A stretch of DNA of 64,000 bases from a bacterium (GCA_030629005.1 DAOVPV010000001.1:130429-194428); one strand, 5' to 3'. Positions 47,773 through 58,039 are shown, counted from the first letter of the stretch. Program-made: numbers and translations. The notes: generated by a model from the sequence alone, not told the origin.

Positions 47773-50700
47773 ATGCTAAAAATAATTTTTATCGTTTTAA
47801 CCTTAATCTTAAATAACGTTGATATTGCTTACGGTTTATCAATATTTCCCACAACAAATCAAGTGCAGCCCATATTAAACCCAATAACGATTGAAAAAGA
47901 AAGCTTAAAAAAAGAAGAAACCAAGCTTGCAGACGAACAAATAAGGTTTACAGCAGAAGAAAGAAGTATTAACAATAAATTAAATGAAATCTCACAAGAA
48001 CTTAGCAAAATAGATGAAAAGCTAAAAATTGCAAGCGAAACCGAAAAAGACTTTCTGGTAAAGTTTATAACCTTATTAAATGAAAAAAAACAAATATTAT
48101 CACTACAAACTGATTACTGGAAAGAAATTGTCACAATAATTGAACAAAATATAAAAAATTTAAAATCAATAATAAGCTTTAAAGAATTTCCTAAAACAAC
48201 AAAACAAAGCGCTTCTTATTCGTGGAAAGAGTTCAAAGAAGCATCAAAAAAATTATACAACAAAAAAACCGAACAAAAGAATTTAGAAAATAAAATAGAA
48301 GCTCTTATAAAACAACAAGAAACAAGTGCCAAATTTTTAGATTCAAATAATACACAAAAAGAAAATAAACAATCAGCCTTAAAAGCCGTGGAAGAAGAAC
48401 TAGAAAGAGGAATTAAGGATCCTGCCAAAATCCACGAACGCACACTTTTAAAAGAAGAATTAAGCTTTTTAGACGAAAAAGAAATCTTATATAACCTAAA
48501 AATAAAAAAGTTTAAGCTCGAAGTTATTTTAAAAAACAACGAACTTGCAATACTTTCTGTAGATATAGAACAAAAAAATAAAGAAATAAAGGAAATAGAA
48601 AGAAATCTAATACCAACCAACGAAGATGTAAATTTAGCTCAAGATGAATGGGGTATAGAATCTCAAAAAGCTCAAATAAGTCAAAATACCTTAGAACAAA
48701 AAAAGAAACCTGCAAAAAAAGAACTCGAAATTCTAAGGAAAAAATTAGACGAACTAAAAGAAAAGGAATCGCAAAAAGAAACACTCGATCAAAGCGAACA
48801 AATTTTGCTAAGCTCCGAAATAACAAAAATACAAACCTATATAGAAAAGGATAACAATTATCTAAAAATAATAGAGTACGAAAAAAATAAACTGGACTTA
48901 ATTGTAGCATCTAAGAAATTACAATTTGATATGATAAAATCCTATTATCAAAGTAGTCTTGATAGCGAATTAGCTCAAACATGGCTGGATAATTTTAAAA
49001 ATCAAAGAGAAATAGCTCAAGTTCTTTCTGGCGAATTAGGCCAAAAAATTAATGATGAAATAAATGTACAAACAGAAGCAATAAGAAAATTAGATCAAAT
49101 AAAAGTAAAAATAGAAGAAATAAATTTAAAACAAACATCCATTTTTAAAGGCAAGCAAAAAAGATTTGAAACGGCAATCGGAAATCTAAGAAAAGCCAAC
49201 TTAAACTTAATAAGCATAAAAGATTCCAGATCATTCGCTATTATAAATGACCAAAAAAATATTAATGAACAGATAAAAAATACTATTGATTTTATAAGTA
49301 AACAACTGGAAACCAAAAATATATCCAAAAATATATGGTCACGTTCAAGAAAAGCAATTTCAATAAACGATCTTTCCAGATCTTTATATGATGCTGAAAA
49401 ACTTTTAACTAGACTTTTTTGGGACACGCCAAACTACCTAAGCCCACAAAACATTATCAAAGGCGTAAATAGTTTATCCTGGCCAAACTATTTGGGACTT
49501 TTAATATTTATAATATTTTTTATTTTTTATCTCTTCGGTACAAAAAAGCTATTCATATACTTACAAAAAATTTGTATATTAAAATTAAAAAAAGATAAAA
49601 GCAGATATTATCTAAACATATATAGAGTAATCAATACTTTAGTAGGATTTGCTCTAAATAATTTCAAAGTCTTTTTTGTATGGCTATTCATTTATCTACA
49701 TATAATTTTTGACTTCAAATATATCTTCTCATCCGTAGAATTTTTAGCAATACCGTACGTAATCGCAGTATTCCATATTATCTCAATACCAGTATGGATA
49801 TATTTATCAAGTAAGCTTTTAGCAATCGCAAAAGAATTAAATAAAGAATTATCATTCGTATTTTTTGCAGAAAAAACACAAAATAAGTTTATATTCTTAT
49901 TAACTTCAATTATGTACTCTACAGCAATTTTGATACCATTAAGACAAGCTTTTTTAAATTACATAGACACACCGTCAGAATTTCCAAACGTGATGCTAGC
50001 CGCATATTCTTTAATTTTAGTTTGCTTAATACTTCTATTTTTTGGTAAAGAAGACGTCTTAACATTAATCCCAGCTCACGGTAAAGTTTTACCATGGATA
50101 AGAAAATATGTAGAAAGTCATTATTACCCTGTATTTATATTTCTAATGAGTCTTTTAATCCTTTCTAATCCATATATCGGATATTTAAATCTTGCTTGGT
50201 ACCTAGCATTTGCAGTGCCAAGTACAGTCACAATTATATATGGCATAATGATTGTACATGAATACATACGAAAATGGTCTATGCCATTCTTTTTAAAAGA
50301 AGAAAATGATGAAATTGTTGATAACTTTGAACAATCAAAAACTTACTACGGTTTTTTCATAATACTCACATTTATAGGACTATTGTTTATAGCATTTGTA
50401 TTTATAACAAGAATATGGCAACTGGGTTACTCCATAAACGATCTTCTTAAAAATCTATCTATAGACTGGACCATTCCTTTGGGACAAGGGGCAAGATTCG
50501 GAATAATTCAACTTTTAATTTTAATATCATTTATATTGTCAGGTTTTTTAATTTCAACATTCCTCAAAAAATTTGTATTGAATAAATTATTCGAAATATT
50601 CAGAACAGAGCCTGGTACCCAAAATACAATATTTAAAATAGCACACTACATAATAATATCTTTGGTAATAATCCTTGGATTCGCAACAATACAACTAAAA

Positions 50701-51288
50701 GAATTTATAACTATTGTTGGTAGTTTCTTAGCTATTGGTACAGGTTTTGCTCTAAAAGATCTGGCTGCGGATTATGTAGCAGGACTATTCATTCTAATAG
50801 AACGGCCTATAGAAATAGGGAACTTTATACAACTTGATGAAAGCACAATGGGAACTGTACAAAAGATTTCAGCAAGAGCAACAACAATAAGAACAGCCAG
50901 AAACTTTTCATTAATTGTTCCAAATAAAAATCTAGTTTCTAATCAAATAATAAATTGGGGTGACGGTAGAATGTCTGTTGGCTTTGAGCTCAAACTAATT
51001 GTTGCTTACAACCAAGATTTTGGAAAAATAAAAAAAATCATAACAACAACAGTTCAAGGCCATGAAACAATTCTAAAAGTTCCAGGACTTGCTGTTCGTT
51101 TAGAAGAATTTAGCGAAAATGGTGCAACATTCTTTGTTCGTGCATTTGTAAGTGCTAGAAGAGTAAAAGAGCAATGGGAAATTGCAAGCCAGGTCCGTCT
51201 TGCAATTGTAAGTGCATTTAAAGAAAATAATATTACAATTGCATACCCACAACTTGTTATTCATAATGCTAAAATTGCAGAAAAATAA
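47773..51288 (+). CDS. MscK/KefA-like large mechanosensitive channel (MscS family)
   Basis: Signal peptide, about 500 aa of periplasmic coiled coil, multiple TM segments, and the MscS core GFALKDLAADYVAGLFILIERPIEIGNFI...GTVQKISARATTIRT...IVPNKNL. Confidence 0.8.
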   Translation: MLKIIFIVLTLILNNVDIAYGLSIFPTTNQVQPILNPITIEKESLKKEETKLADEQIRFTAEERSINNKLNEISQELSKIDEKLKIASETEKDFLVKFITLLNEKKQILSLQTDYWKEIVTIIEQNIKNLKSIISFKEFPKTTKQSASYSWKEFKEASKKLYNKKTEQKNLENKIEALIKQQETSAKFLDSNNTQKENKQSALKAVEEELERGIKDPAKIHERTLLKEELSFLDEKEILYNLKIKKFKLEVILKNNELAILSVDIEQKNKEIKEIERNLIPTNEDVNLAQDEWGIESQKAQISQNTLEQKKKPAKKELEILRKKLDELKEKESQKETLDQSEQILLSSEITKIQTYIEKDNNYLKIIEYEKNKLDLIVASKKLQFDMIKSYYQSSLDSELAQTWLDNFKNQREIAQVLSGELGQKINDEINVQTEAIRKLDQIKVKIEEINLKQTSIFKGKQKRFETAIGNLRKANLNLISIKDSRSFAIINDQKNINEQIKNTIDFISKQLETKNISKNIWSRSRKAISINDLSRSLYDAEKLLTRLFWDTPNYLSPQNIIKGVNSLSWPNYLGLLIFIIFFIFYLFGTKKLFIYLQKICILKLKKDKSRYYLNIYRVINTLVGFALNNFKVFFVWLFIYLHIIFDFKYIFSSVEFLAIPYVIAVFHIISIPVWIYLSSKLLAIAKELNKELSFVFFAEKTQNKFIFLLTSIMYSTAILIPLRQAFLNYIDTPSEFPNVMLAAYSLILVCLILLFFGKEDVLTLIPAHGKVLPWIRKYVESHYYPVFIFLMSLLILSNPYIGYLNLAWYLAFAVPSTVTIIYGIMIVHEYIRKWSMPFFLKEENDEIVDNFEQSKTYYGFFIILTFIGLLFIAFVFITRIWQLGYSINDLLKNLSIDWTIPLGQGARFGIIQLLILISFILSGFLISTFLKKFVLNKLFEIFRTEPGTQNTIFKIAHYIIISLVIILGFATIQLKEFITIVGSFLAIGTGFALKDLAADYVAGLFILIERPIEIGNFIQLDESTMGTVQKISARATTIRTARNFSLIVPNKNLVSNQIINWGDGRMSVGFELKLIVAYNQDFGKIKKIITTTVQGHETILKVPGLAVRLEEFSENGATFFVRAFVSARRVKEQWEIASQVRLAIVSAFKENNITIAYPQLVIHNAKIAEK

Positions 51289-51294
51289 CATCTT

Positions 51295-51341
51295 ATAATA
51301 ATAAACGACCACCCGTCAGACCGGTGGTCGTTTATTATTAT
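51295..51341. terminator. Bidirectional terminator (19-bp stem)
   Basis: ATAATAATAAACGACCACC-loop-GGTGGTCGTTTATTATTAT, between convergent genes. Confidence 0.7.
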
Positions 51342-51352
51342 AAAAACAAAAT

Positions 51353-51586
51353 TTATTTTAAACTTAACTTAATCTTTTCTATGACTCTATCCACAGCATC
51401 TACAACAAAAGATACCTTTAACTTTACAAGTCCAAAATAAACAAGCATCAAGCCAACAATAAATAAGAATATATTTAAAATTATTTTATAAGTAACACCC
51501 AACAAAATTACACCAGCCATAACGGCTAATAATCCTGTAATATTTGCAGTCACCCACTTACTTGCCTTTTCTAAATCAGCCATCAA
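51353..51586 (-). CDS. Small two-TM membrane protein
   Basis: 77 aa. Shares the GLL...VGLMLVYFGL hairpin pattern with 57388..57585. Confidence 0.4.
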   Translation of the reverse strand: MMADLEKASKWVTANITGLLAVMAGVILLGVTYKIILNIFLFIVGLMLVYFGLVKLKVSFVVDAVDRVIEKIKLSLK

Positions 51587-51684
51587 GCATCTCCTTGTTA
51601 TTAATAAAAATTACCTCATTTAATTTTAATAACAAATATTTTCTAAAAAATCTTGTTTTTAGAATTTAATAATATTTTTTACTT

Positions 51685-52560
51685 CTAAGATGCAAATAAT
51701 AAAATAATTTTAGCAATAGCATTACCTAAATCAATCATATTATCAACACGCTTTGGGGTACAAAAGTTAGTACAACAAGATCTTTCTTCCAATCTATCTT
51801 CACGATCTTGTTTTAAAAGCTCTTTTGCTTGTTCTAAAGTCAATAAAACTACTAGTGGCTTTTCTACCTCTTCATCATCACCTAAATAACCAGAATCATC
51901 GTCAGTACAACTGTAATCCGTATAATACCCAGAACTCTCTGGAGCGCCATTACCATCTTCTTCGACAACAGCAACTCGTCGAATATCGAAGGGATCTCTT
52001 CTATCTGATACAACTGGTCTTAATTCAATCTCACCTGTTTCTGGATCGAAATACGGATATAAAAGTTCTTGTAAAAATTTTGGACGTCTAGACCCTATAC
52101 TTCTAGAAACTTTGTATTCATCTATAGATTTCGCAAAATCAACAGCGATAACACCATCTATATAATTATTTAACTTTAATTCAGATCTTTTTAAAAAATT
52201 TAACACAAAATTTATAGCTCGACCAAAAGTAACAATTGTAATTTTGCTGTCCGGTTTTTTTGAAAAAAACTTTATATATGAATCCAAATCAAATAAGAAA
52301 GTTCTACTGGTGATAATTTCAGCATCTGCTAAATCCAATAACTCAAATCTAGAGGCAGATTCATACTCACCTAAAGATATTGTTATAAGTCTTTCTAGCT
52401 TATCACTTTCATAAATCGAAAAACCTCTTCTTCTAAATGAATTTTCTAATTTACGTTTAGATTGACACTCACTTGAATCATAAAAGACAAGAATACCTTT
52501 ATCTGCTGAAATATTCAAAAAACAAAATACAGATAAAAATATAACTAAAAATTTTTTCAT
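51685..52560 (-). CDS. Hypothetical secreted protein with acidic region and hydrophobic C-terminal tail
   Basis: Signal peptide, DDDSGYLGDDEE stretch, C-terminal IAKIILLFAS. Confidence 0.4.
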   Translation of the reverse strand: MKKFLVIFLSVFCFLNISADKGILVFYDSSECQSKRKLENSFRRRGFSIYESDKLERLITISLGEYESASRFELLDLADAEIITSRTFLFDLDSYIKFFSKKPDSKITIVTFGRAINFVLNFLKRSELKLNNYIDGVIAVDFAKSIDEYKVSRSIGSRRPKFLQELLYPYFDPETGEIELRPVVSDRRDPFDIRRVAVVEEDGNGAPESSGYYTDYSCTDDDSGYLGDDEEVEKPLVVLLTLEQAKELLKQDREDRLEERSCCTNFCTPKRVDNMIDLGNAIAKIILLFAS

Positions 52561-52589
52561 TATTCTTCCCCCAAAAAAATTGATATTTT

Positions 52590-52614
52590 AAGGGCCTATC
52601 TAACATAGGCCCTT
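52590..52614 (-). terminator. Hairpin terminator downstream of 52624..53538
   Basis: AAGGGCCTAT-CTAAC-ATAGGCCCTT, a 10-bp stem. Confidence 0.5.
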
Positions 52615-52623
52615 ACCCAAGTT

Positions 52624-53538
52624 TTAAACCCCTATTGCTTCTATAACATTCTCTGTATCTAAAACAATCTCTATATTTTCAACACTCTCTACTGTCTTAA
52701 ATGAATTCGTAAAAGAACCAAAAAGTTTTCCTAATCTTTTTAATAAATAATAAAATTTTCTAGCTTTAGTTTTTAATTCAGTAAAGTCTATAGAAATTAA
52801 AGGATTACTTTCCGCATAAGCCTCTATAAATTGTTTTACAAGATAAAGATTATCAGATCTTCTAATTTTTATTTTCTTAAAAATATTGTTAACCGCAACC
52901 TCTTGCCATGAATCTACTAACTCATCAAATTCATCTTCCCCAATTTCCATCTGAAACATTTCAATGGCTTCTTGAACAACTTGCTCGCCTTTACCTAATG
53001 CTATAAAAATAATTTTTTCTTGTTGAGGAGCTTTTGAAGGAACTTCTTCTTTTGCCTCTACTTTTGCATCCTCAGAAACTGACTTTACAATACTATCTGC
53101 TATATCTTGAGCAACCTGAGAAATAGTGTCTTGAACCGCATTATCAACAACATTAACATTAAATGTTTCTTCCGATTGTGCTATTTTTTCTGCTGCAACC
53201 GGAACAACCTCTTCAGGACGAATTTCTTTAGTTTTAACTCTTCTTTCTAAAAATCTAAATAATTTATTAGCATTTCTATCTACATTATATCTTTTTTTGC
53301 TAAATCTTTTCTTAGAAGAAGCAAATTTACTTACAGAAAAGGTTGTTCCCTTAATTTTTCTATCGGCAACTTCCATTAACTCGCTAAATAAAGTAAATAA
53401 AGATTTCTGCATTACATAATCATATTTTACTCTTTTGGTATGAGGCCCGAAGACATAAATTATTTTATAATGAGTCGCAGAAACACTCGAAATAGAAAAA
53501 GCAATAAATAACAACGATAAATATTTTACAAACTTCAT
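52624..53538 (-). CDS. Hypothetical secreted protein
   Basis: Signal peptide. No recognisable domain. Contains the only minus-oriented 21-nt motif copy. Confidence 0.4.
   Translation of the reverse strand: MKFVKYLSLLFIAFSISSVSATHYKIIYVFGPHTKRVKYDYVMQKSLFTLFSELMEVADRKIKGTTFSVSKFASSKKRFSKKRYNVDRNANKLFRFLERRVKTKEIRPEEVVPVAAEKIAQSEETFNVNVVDNAVQDTISQVAQDIADSIVKSVSEDAKVEAKEEVPSKAPQQEKIIFIALGKGEQVVQEAIEMFQMEIGEDEFDELVDSWQEVAVNNIFKKIKIRRSDNLYLVKQFIEAYAESNPLISIDFTELKTKARKFYYLLKRLGKLFGSFTNSFKTVESVENIEIVLDTENVIEAIGV
53155..53175 (-). repeat. 21-nt dispersed motif copy, reverse orientation (21/21)
   Basis: The plus strand reads AACATTAAATGTTTCTTCCGA. It is sense to the minus-strand gene and codes SEETFNV. 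Confidence 0.9.
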
Positions 53539-53688
53539 AAAACTATCCCCCTATAAAAAGAATATAATAAAATATTTTTAGCTTAAAGAGCTTAGCAATT
53601 TGTACGATCTGTTTACAATTATATTATTTAAAAATAAAAAACAACCTTAAATACAGGCTATTTTCATAGAGCACCGATAAATTAATAT

Positions 53689-56151
53689 TTAAGCCCCTGA
53701 CAAAATCTCAAAATTATCCACAATCCCTACATTTTTAAGAATATTCTCCTCATAAAATGCACGATAAAATTGGAACTTTAAAATACCATTATCATCCTTA
53801 AACAATTTCATGTAAGAAGGGATATAATGAAACCTACCATCTTCATGTTTAATAGTAGCTAAAGTAAAAATATCTGGTTTTACAAGCAAAGCCCGTGGTG
53901 ATTTGGAATGTAAACAATATTTATACTTAATATCTAATAAAGGTAAGTCTTTATTCTTAGCAAAACTCTTTCTACGAGAAATTCCTGCATATATTTCATG
54001 AAGCTCTAAATCTCTCTTACTTAAAGACCTCAAATTAACACCTGTACCCATTATTATAGAATGCAAGATCCTTCCATTTACTTTTATTTCATTTCTTTCA
54101 TAAATGTGATTGTGTCCAGATAAATAAACATCTATTTGTGAATCCAAAATAAGTTTTGCTATATACTCAAAGGCATTCAATTTTTTGACTCCGAATAATT
54201 TGTGATTAAAATCATCTACTTCAACACTACCCACATCCTTTAATATATTTTTAAATTTTCCCTTATAAGCACCTTCTTTATATGCAATATTTAACAAACC
54301 AGGATGAGAATATTTATTAAAATTAATTAAAGGTAAATGTGCATATACAACAACAAAATCAACTTCACCACAAGCCTTTTTAGCATTGGCCATATTAATT
54401 AATTGCTCTATTTTTCTAAGTAAACTCGGAGTATAATTAAAGTTATACTTCTTACCAATCTCTTCTGAAGAAAGAGGTAAGTTTAAATATAAAACACGAT
54501 CTTTTATAAACCAATTGGACGAAGAACTAACTTGCTCTACAGGTGAAAGTTTATTTTTATCACACTTAACTTGATTAAAAATATAATTAAAAGTTGGCTC
54601 TTTCGTTATAACATCATAAGGAGACTTGAATCGAACCCCACCAAAATATGCAATGTCATGAGGAATCCCAAGAGCAGAAGTAAACACCTTGCCATTCATA
54701 TTTCCCATTGCATTAAAAGCCTTAAACCATTCAAATGGAAATTCTCTTTCTCTATTACTTCGTCCAGAATAAGAAACAAAATCACCAATACTAATATAAG
54801 CTGCACCATTTGTAGGTAAAATAGAATTTAAAAACCAAGCAACCGACCCCCTTTTCCCCTCATTAAAAATTTGGATATTATCTCTTACCTGAAAAGTGTA
54901 TTGTCCTTGAATATCACTAAAAAAATAAACTGGTTCTTTCGCATTAAAAATATCCGGAACTTTAATAATTTTTTCATTATTGCCATACAAAATTTTTATT
55001 TCTTTTCCATCAAGTCCTGATAAAGGTACGTTATAAATACACATCATAGATAAATTACAAACATCAAAACTCAAATCCTGATCATCAGATAATATAAATT
55101 TAATATTATTAGGCGAAATACCCCAAAAAATAACTTTTAGAAATAATTCATTATTATAAGGTGCAATAAAAATTGTCGGCTCTCTAGTAGGAATTAATTT
55201 AACCAAAGAAGTAACTCCGGCTCTACCAAGTTTTTTTTGCATATCACCAATTTCAGGATCAAAAACAAAAAGATTTATAGGCCGCAATGTTTTTTTTACA
55301 AATCGTACTAAACCACTTCTAGAACATGGCTTAAATTCGGAAGAAAAATTTGATGTTTTTGGTTGAACAAAATAATATCGCCTAGCATTCAAGCCTGTTC
55401 CCGCAACAACGCAAGCTCCATCCAAAATATTTTCGAAAGAAACATTTAATGTTTTTGAACGTTTTTTAAAATCAAAAAACTGAAGTTTTTTTTGCTTATC
55501 CACCCTTTGAATATAACTAAGAACATTTGCCTTATTAGTTCTAACTCCATCCTCAGTTTTGCTATAAACAGGCCTGCTATAATCAACTAAAATAACATTT
55601 AACGGAACAAGATCTGAAAAAAATAAAACTGAACGCCTATTTTTTTTCAGCATATTATTTATTTTTTGCTTTGCTGTTTTTTTATAAAAAGCAAGATCAC
55701 CTAAAACCAAAATATAATCAGAATCATTATTAAAAGCCTGAATTCCAAACTGCTTTCCTCCACCATCCTGAAAAAACCGAATTGAAAATTCATGATCTTC
55801 ATAATAGGCAACTATATCTAAAGGTAATTTAGGATTTATATGCTCAGGAATAAAAAATTCAAGATTATCTTTTTTAAATTTTGTAGAAAAAAATTCTCGT
55901 ATAACAGCTGTAACAATTCTACAAATTTTTCTATGATCTCTTTTATACAATTTTCCTAATTTATCTAGCTTAATAGACTTTTCGCGTGCAAATCCACCCT
56001 TAACATCAAAACAATAGTTTTTAGGTAAAAAGACTGCTACTTTTTTTATTACTTTTTGATCTTGAACAGATATTTCAGTAGAAAATAATGGATTAAAATT
56101 TAATAAAAACAAACACAAAAATAAACTTATTAAACTTTTTTTTAAATTCAT
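53689..56151 (-). CDS. Large secreted calcineurin-like metallophosphoesterase-domain protein
   Basis: LVLGDLAF (GD), GNMNG (GN-like), VVVYAHLPL and YLSGHNHIYER (GH.H) motifs. Signal peptide. Confidence 0.5.
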   Translation of the reverse strand: MNLKKSLISLFLCLFLLNFNPLFSTEISVQDQKVIKKVAVFLPKNYCFDVKGGFAREKSIKLDKLGKLYKRDHRKICRIVTAVIREFFSTKFKKDNLEFFIPEHINPKLPLDIVAYYEDHEFSIRFFQDGGGKQFGIQAFNNDSDYILVLGDLAFYKKTAKQKINNMLKKNRRSVLFFSDLVPLNVILVDYSRPVYSKTEDGVRTNKANVLSYIQRVDKQKKLQFFDFKKRSKTLNVSFENILDGACVVAGTGLNARRYYFVQPKTSNFSSEFKPCSRSGLVRFVKKTLRPINLFVFDPEIGDMQKKLGRAGVTSLVKLIPTREPTIFIAPYNNELFLKVIFWGISPNNIKFILSDDQDLSFDVCNLSMMCIYNVPLSGLDGKEIKILYGNNEKIIKVPDIFNAKEPVYFFSDIQGQYTFQVRDNIQIFNEGKRGSVAWFLNSILPTNGAAYISIGDFVSYSGRSNREREFPFEWFKAFNAMGNMNGKVFTSALGIPHDIAYFGGVRFKSPYDVITKEPTFNYIFNQVKCDKNKLSPVEQVSSSSNWFIKDRVLYLNLPLSSEEIGKKYNFNYTPSLLRKIEQLINMANAKKACGEVDFVVVYAHLPLINFNKYSHPGLLNIAYKEGAYKGKFKNILKDVGSVEVDDFNHKLFGVKKLNAFEYIAKLILDSQIDVYLSGHNHIYERNEIKVNGRILHSIIMGTGVNLRSLSKRDLELHEIYAGISRRKSFAKNKDLPLLDIKYKYCLHSKSPRALLVKPDIFTLATIKHEDGRFHYIPSYMKLFKDDNGILKFQFYRAFYEENILKNVGIVDNFEILSGA
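55433..55453 (+). repeat. 21-nt dispersed motif copy (TCGAAAGAAACATTTAATGTT, 21/21)
   Basis: Inside the metallophosphoesterase gene, antisense to it (codes TLNVSFEN). Confidence 0.9.
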
Positions 56152-56306
56152 ACTACCCCCTAGAAAATTTTGTTAAAAAATATTTTTCTATTTTTTAAAG
56201 TGTATATATTTTCAACAAAATATGTAAAGAAATAACTTGTTCCTATTAAAACAAAGTAATAATTTCCAATGTTATAAGAATGTATTAAGAAAAACATTTA
56301 TTGTTG

Positions 56307-56460
56307 GGCCGGTCTGTCTACGCTAAAGCGACATCGGACAGTCTTCGCTTATCGCGTTCAATATCATTTAAAAATCTTACATTAACTTTACTGGCAAAGC
56401 CAGACGACCTGTTCTACGAAGCCACGCAGGGCGTAGGAGGAAGCTCATTAGAGCGAAGAC
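56307..56460 (-). repeat. GC-rich ~155-nt element directly 3' of tRNA-Glu(CUC), copy A
   Basis: Near-identical to 57884..58039 except for the AT-rich centre. Internal inverted repeats GTCTTCGCT / AGCGAAGAC and a CTGGC-AAA-GCCAG hairpin. Confidence 0.85.
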
Positions 56461-56537
56461 TGGCGTCCCCAAGGGGATTTGAACCCCTGTTACAAGAATG
56501 AGAATCTTGTGTCCTGACCAGGCTAGACGATGGGGAC
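56461..56537 (-). tRNA. tRNA-Glu (anticodon CUC), CCA encoded
   Basis: Folded by hand: acceptor GTCCCCA/TGGGGAC, D arm, anticodon stem CAAGA/TCTTG with loop TTCTCAT, T arm AGGGG-TTCAAAT-CCCCT, discriminator G, CCA. Confidence 0.9.
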
Positions 56538-56549
56538 TAATATAAATTT

Positions 56550-56996
56550 CTAAGAAATAAGTTTATCTAAATATTTTTTCATTACTTCGTAATAAACAGG
56601 AATCTGTGAAGCTATTTTATCTGAAAGTTCTTCTTTGTAAATATGTGATGTTAAATTTCTGCATTTTATCATTTCAATTATTAATTCAGCATCTTTTTCT
56701 GAGATAATCTTAGTTTTACATGCTGATTTTATTACAGATTTTGGGGTATTAAATTCCGATGGTTCATTTAACTGTAACTCTAAATATTTCTTTATATATT
56801 TCCAAAACAAATCAACTGAAAATTCAAACCGTTGAATCAAAGAATCCCTTAAAGATCTTCTTAGATCTTCATTTTCCAAAAAATCCACCGCTTGTTTTTC
56901 TATTTGTGAATCCAATTTTTTTAAATAAGAAATAGCCTCATTTAACCTATCCATTGCATTGCTTAAATTTTCATATTTCAGTTTTAAGATGTCCAC
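56550..56996 (-). CDS. HEPN-domain toxin (HI0074-type nucleotidyltransferase substrate-binding protein)
   Basis: 148-aa helical protein with an R..LTSH-type HEPN motif (CRNLTSHIY). Overlaps the upstream MNT gene by 13 nt. Confidence 0.7.
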   Translation of the reverse strand: MDILKLKYENLSNAMDRLNEAISYLKKLDSQIEKQAVDFLENEDLRRSLRDSLIQRFEFSVDLFWKYIKKYLELQLNEPSEFNTPKSVIKSACKTKIISEKDAELIIEMIKCRNLTSHIYKEELSDKIASQIPVYYEVMKKYLDKLIS

Positions 56997-57298
56997 AATA
57001 TTTTTTCCCTATCTATTCGTTTTTTAAAGTCAGAATCAACACTATGTAAATCCACCAAATCAACCGTCAAGGGAACATTCGTATCTTCAATTTTATTATA
57101 CAAATCTAAAATAATTTTAAAATCAATCTTTTTACCTGCATCTAACGCCAAATCAATATCCGAACCCTGACTATGATCTAAACGAGCTCTTGAACCAAAT
57201 AAATAAACTTTACATTCAGGAAGAATCTTATTTATTATTCTTAATAATTCGATTTTATAACGCCCAAAACGTTCAGATTCGATTTCTTTTTTTAACAT
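56984..57298 (-). CDS. Minimal nucleotidyltransferase (MNT) antitoxin
   Basis: The LFGSRARLDHSQGSDIDLAL (GS-x10-DxD) pol-beta NTase signature. Confidence 0.8.
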   Translation of the reverse strand: MLKKEIESERFGRYKIELLRIINKILPECKVYLFGSRARLDHSQGSDIDLALDAGKKIDFKIILDLYNKIEDTNVPLTVDLVDLHSVDSDFKKRIDREKILWTS

Positions 57299-57387
57299 AA
57301 AATTTAATCTTCAAATAAAATACCTTAAACTTTTATTACCTTGTTTAAAAGATAATTAAATTACATCATTAAAGCAATTCTATTAAA

Positions 57388-57585
57388 TCAAAATCTATTA
57401 AACTTATTTTTAATTTGATAAAAATAAAATAAAACATTTTGAGCATTTCTTAACTGCAAACCCTTATAAATTAAGTAAATACCCAAAACAACAAAGAATG
57501 CTCTAAATAAAAATTCTGCGGCAAAGATAAAAATTAAAAAAGAACCAAATATTATAAAAAGCAAGCCTCTTAATTGTCTATTCAT
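57388..57585 (-). CDS. Small two-TM membrane protein
   Basis: 65 aa. GLLFIIFGSFL...VLGIYLIYKGL parallels 51353..51586. Confidence 0.35.
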   Translation of the reverse strand: MNRQLRGLLFIIFGSFLIFIFAAEFLFRAFFVVLGIYLIYKGLQLRNAQNVLFYFYQIKNKFNRF

Positions 57586-57618
57586 ACAAAATCCTAAAAA
57601 TAAATATGTTCAAATTTT

Positions 57619-57873
57619 TTACCAAAATCTCTTTGAAGAAAATGCTCTACCTGATTGTGATTTAAGATATCGCTCAAACTTTTTTGCACAACACATATCC
57701 TTAAAAGCCATACAAACTACCAATTCCCAAGGCCTGTCTTTTTTTGTATGAATAGAACCACCAGAATTATGCGTTTCAAGACGTTGCTTAAAATTTATAG
57801 TATATCCAACGTACACCGTGTTGGGACACTTAATTGATCTAATTAGATAAACGTAATAAAACATAGAATCCAT
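57619..57873 (-). CDS. GIY-YIG nuclease-family protein (YhbQ/UPF0213-like)
   Basis: YVYLIRS...VYVGYT..FKQRLETHN...PWELV...A.KFERYLK matches the stand-alone GIY-YIG pattern. Confidence 0.8.
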   Translation of the reverse strand: MDSMFYYVYLIRSIKCPNTVYVGYTINFKQRLETHNSGGSIHTKKDRPWELVVCMAFKDMCCAKKFERYLKSQSGRAFSSKRFW

Positions 57874-57883
57874 TAATTCATCC

Positions 57884-58039
57884 GGCCGGTCCGTCTACGC
57901 ATAAGCTACGTCGGACAGTCTTCGCTTATCGCGTTCAATATTACTCTATAAATCAATCTTTAATTTTACTGGCAAAGCCCAGACGACCTGTTCTACGAAG
58001 CCACGCAGGGCGTAGGAGGAAGCTCGTTAGAGCGAAGAC
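57884..58039 (-). repeat. GC-rich ~155-nt element directly 3' of tRNA-Glu(UUC), copy B
   Basis: Aligns with 56307..56460. Both GC-rich arms are conserved and the AT-rich centre has diverged. Confidence 0.85.

Noticed and set aside
53713-53721. DnaA-box-like TTATCCACA (also TTATCCACG near position 103)
   Set aside because: These are single isolated boxes inside coding sequences, with no cluster and no AT-rich unwinding element context. This is not evidence for oriC.
56301-56501. 66-aa + strand ORF spanning the GC-rich repeat and running into tRNA-Glu(CUC)
   Set aside because: It lies entirely within the repeat and the tRNA. It stays open only because GC-rich DNA lacks AT-rich stop codons. 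The paralogous repeat copy does not conserve the frame.
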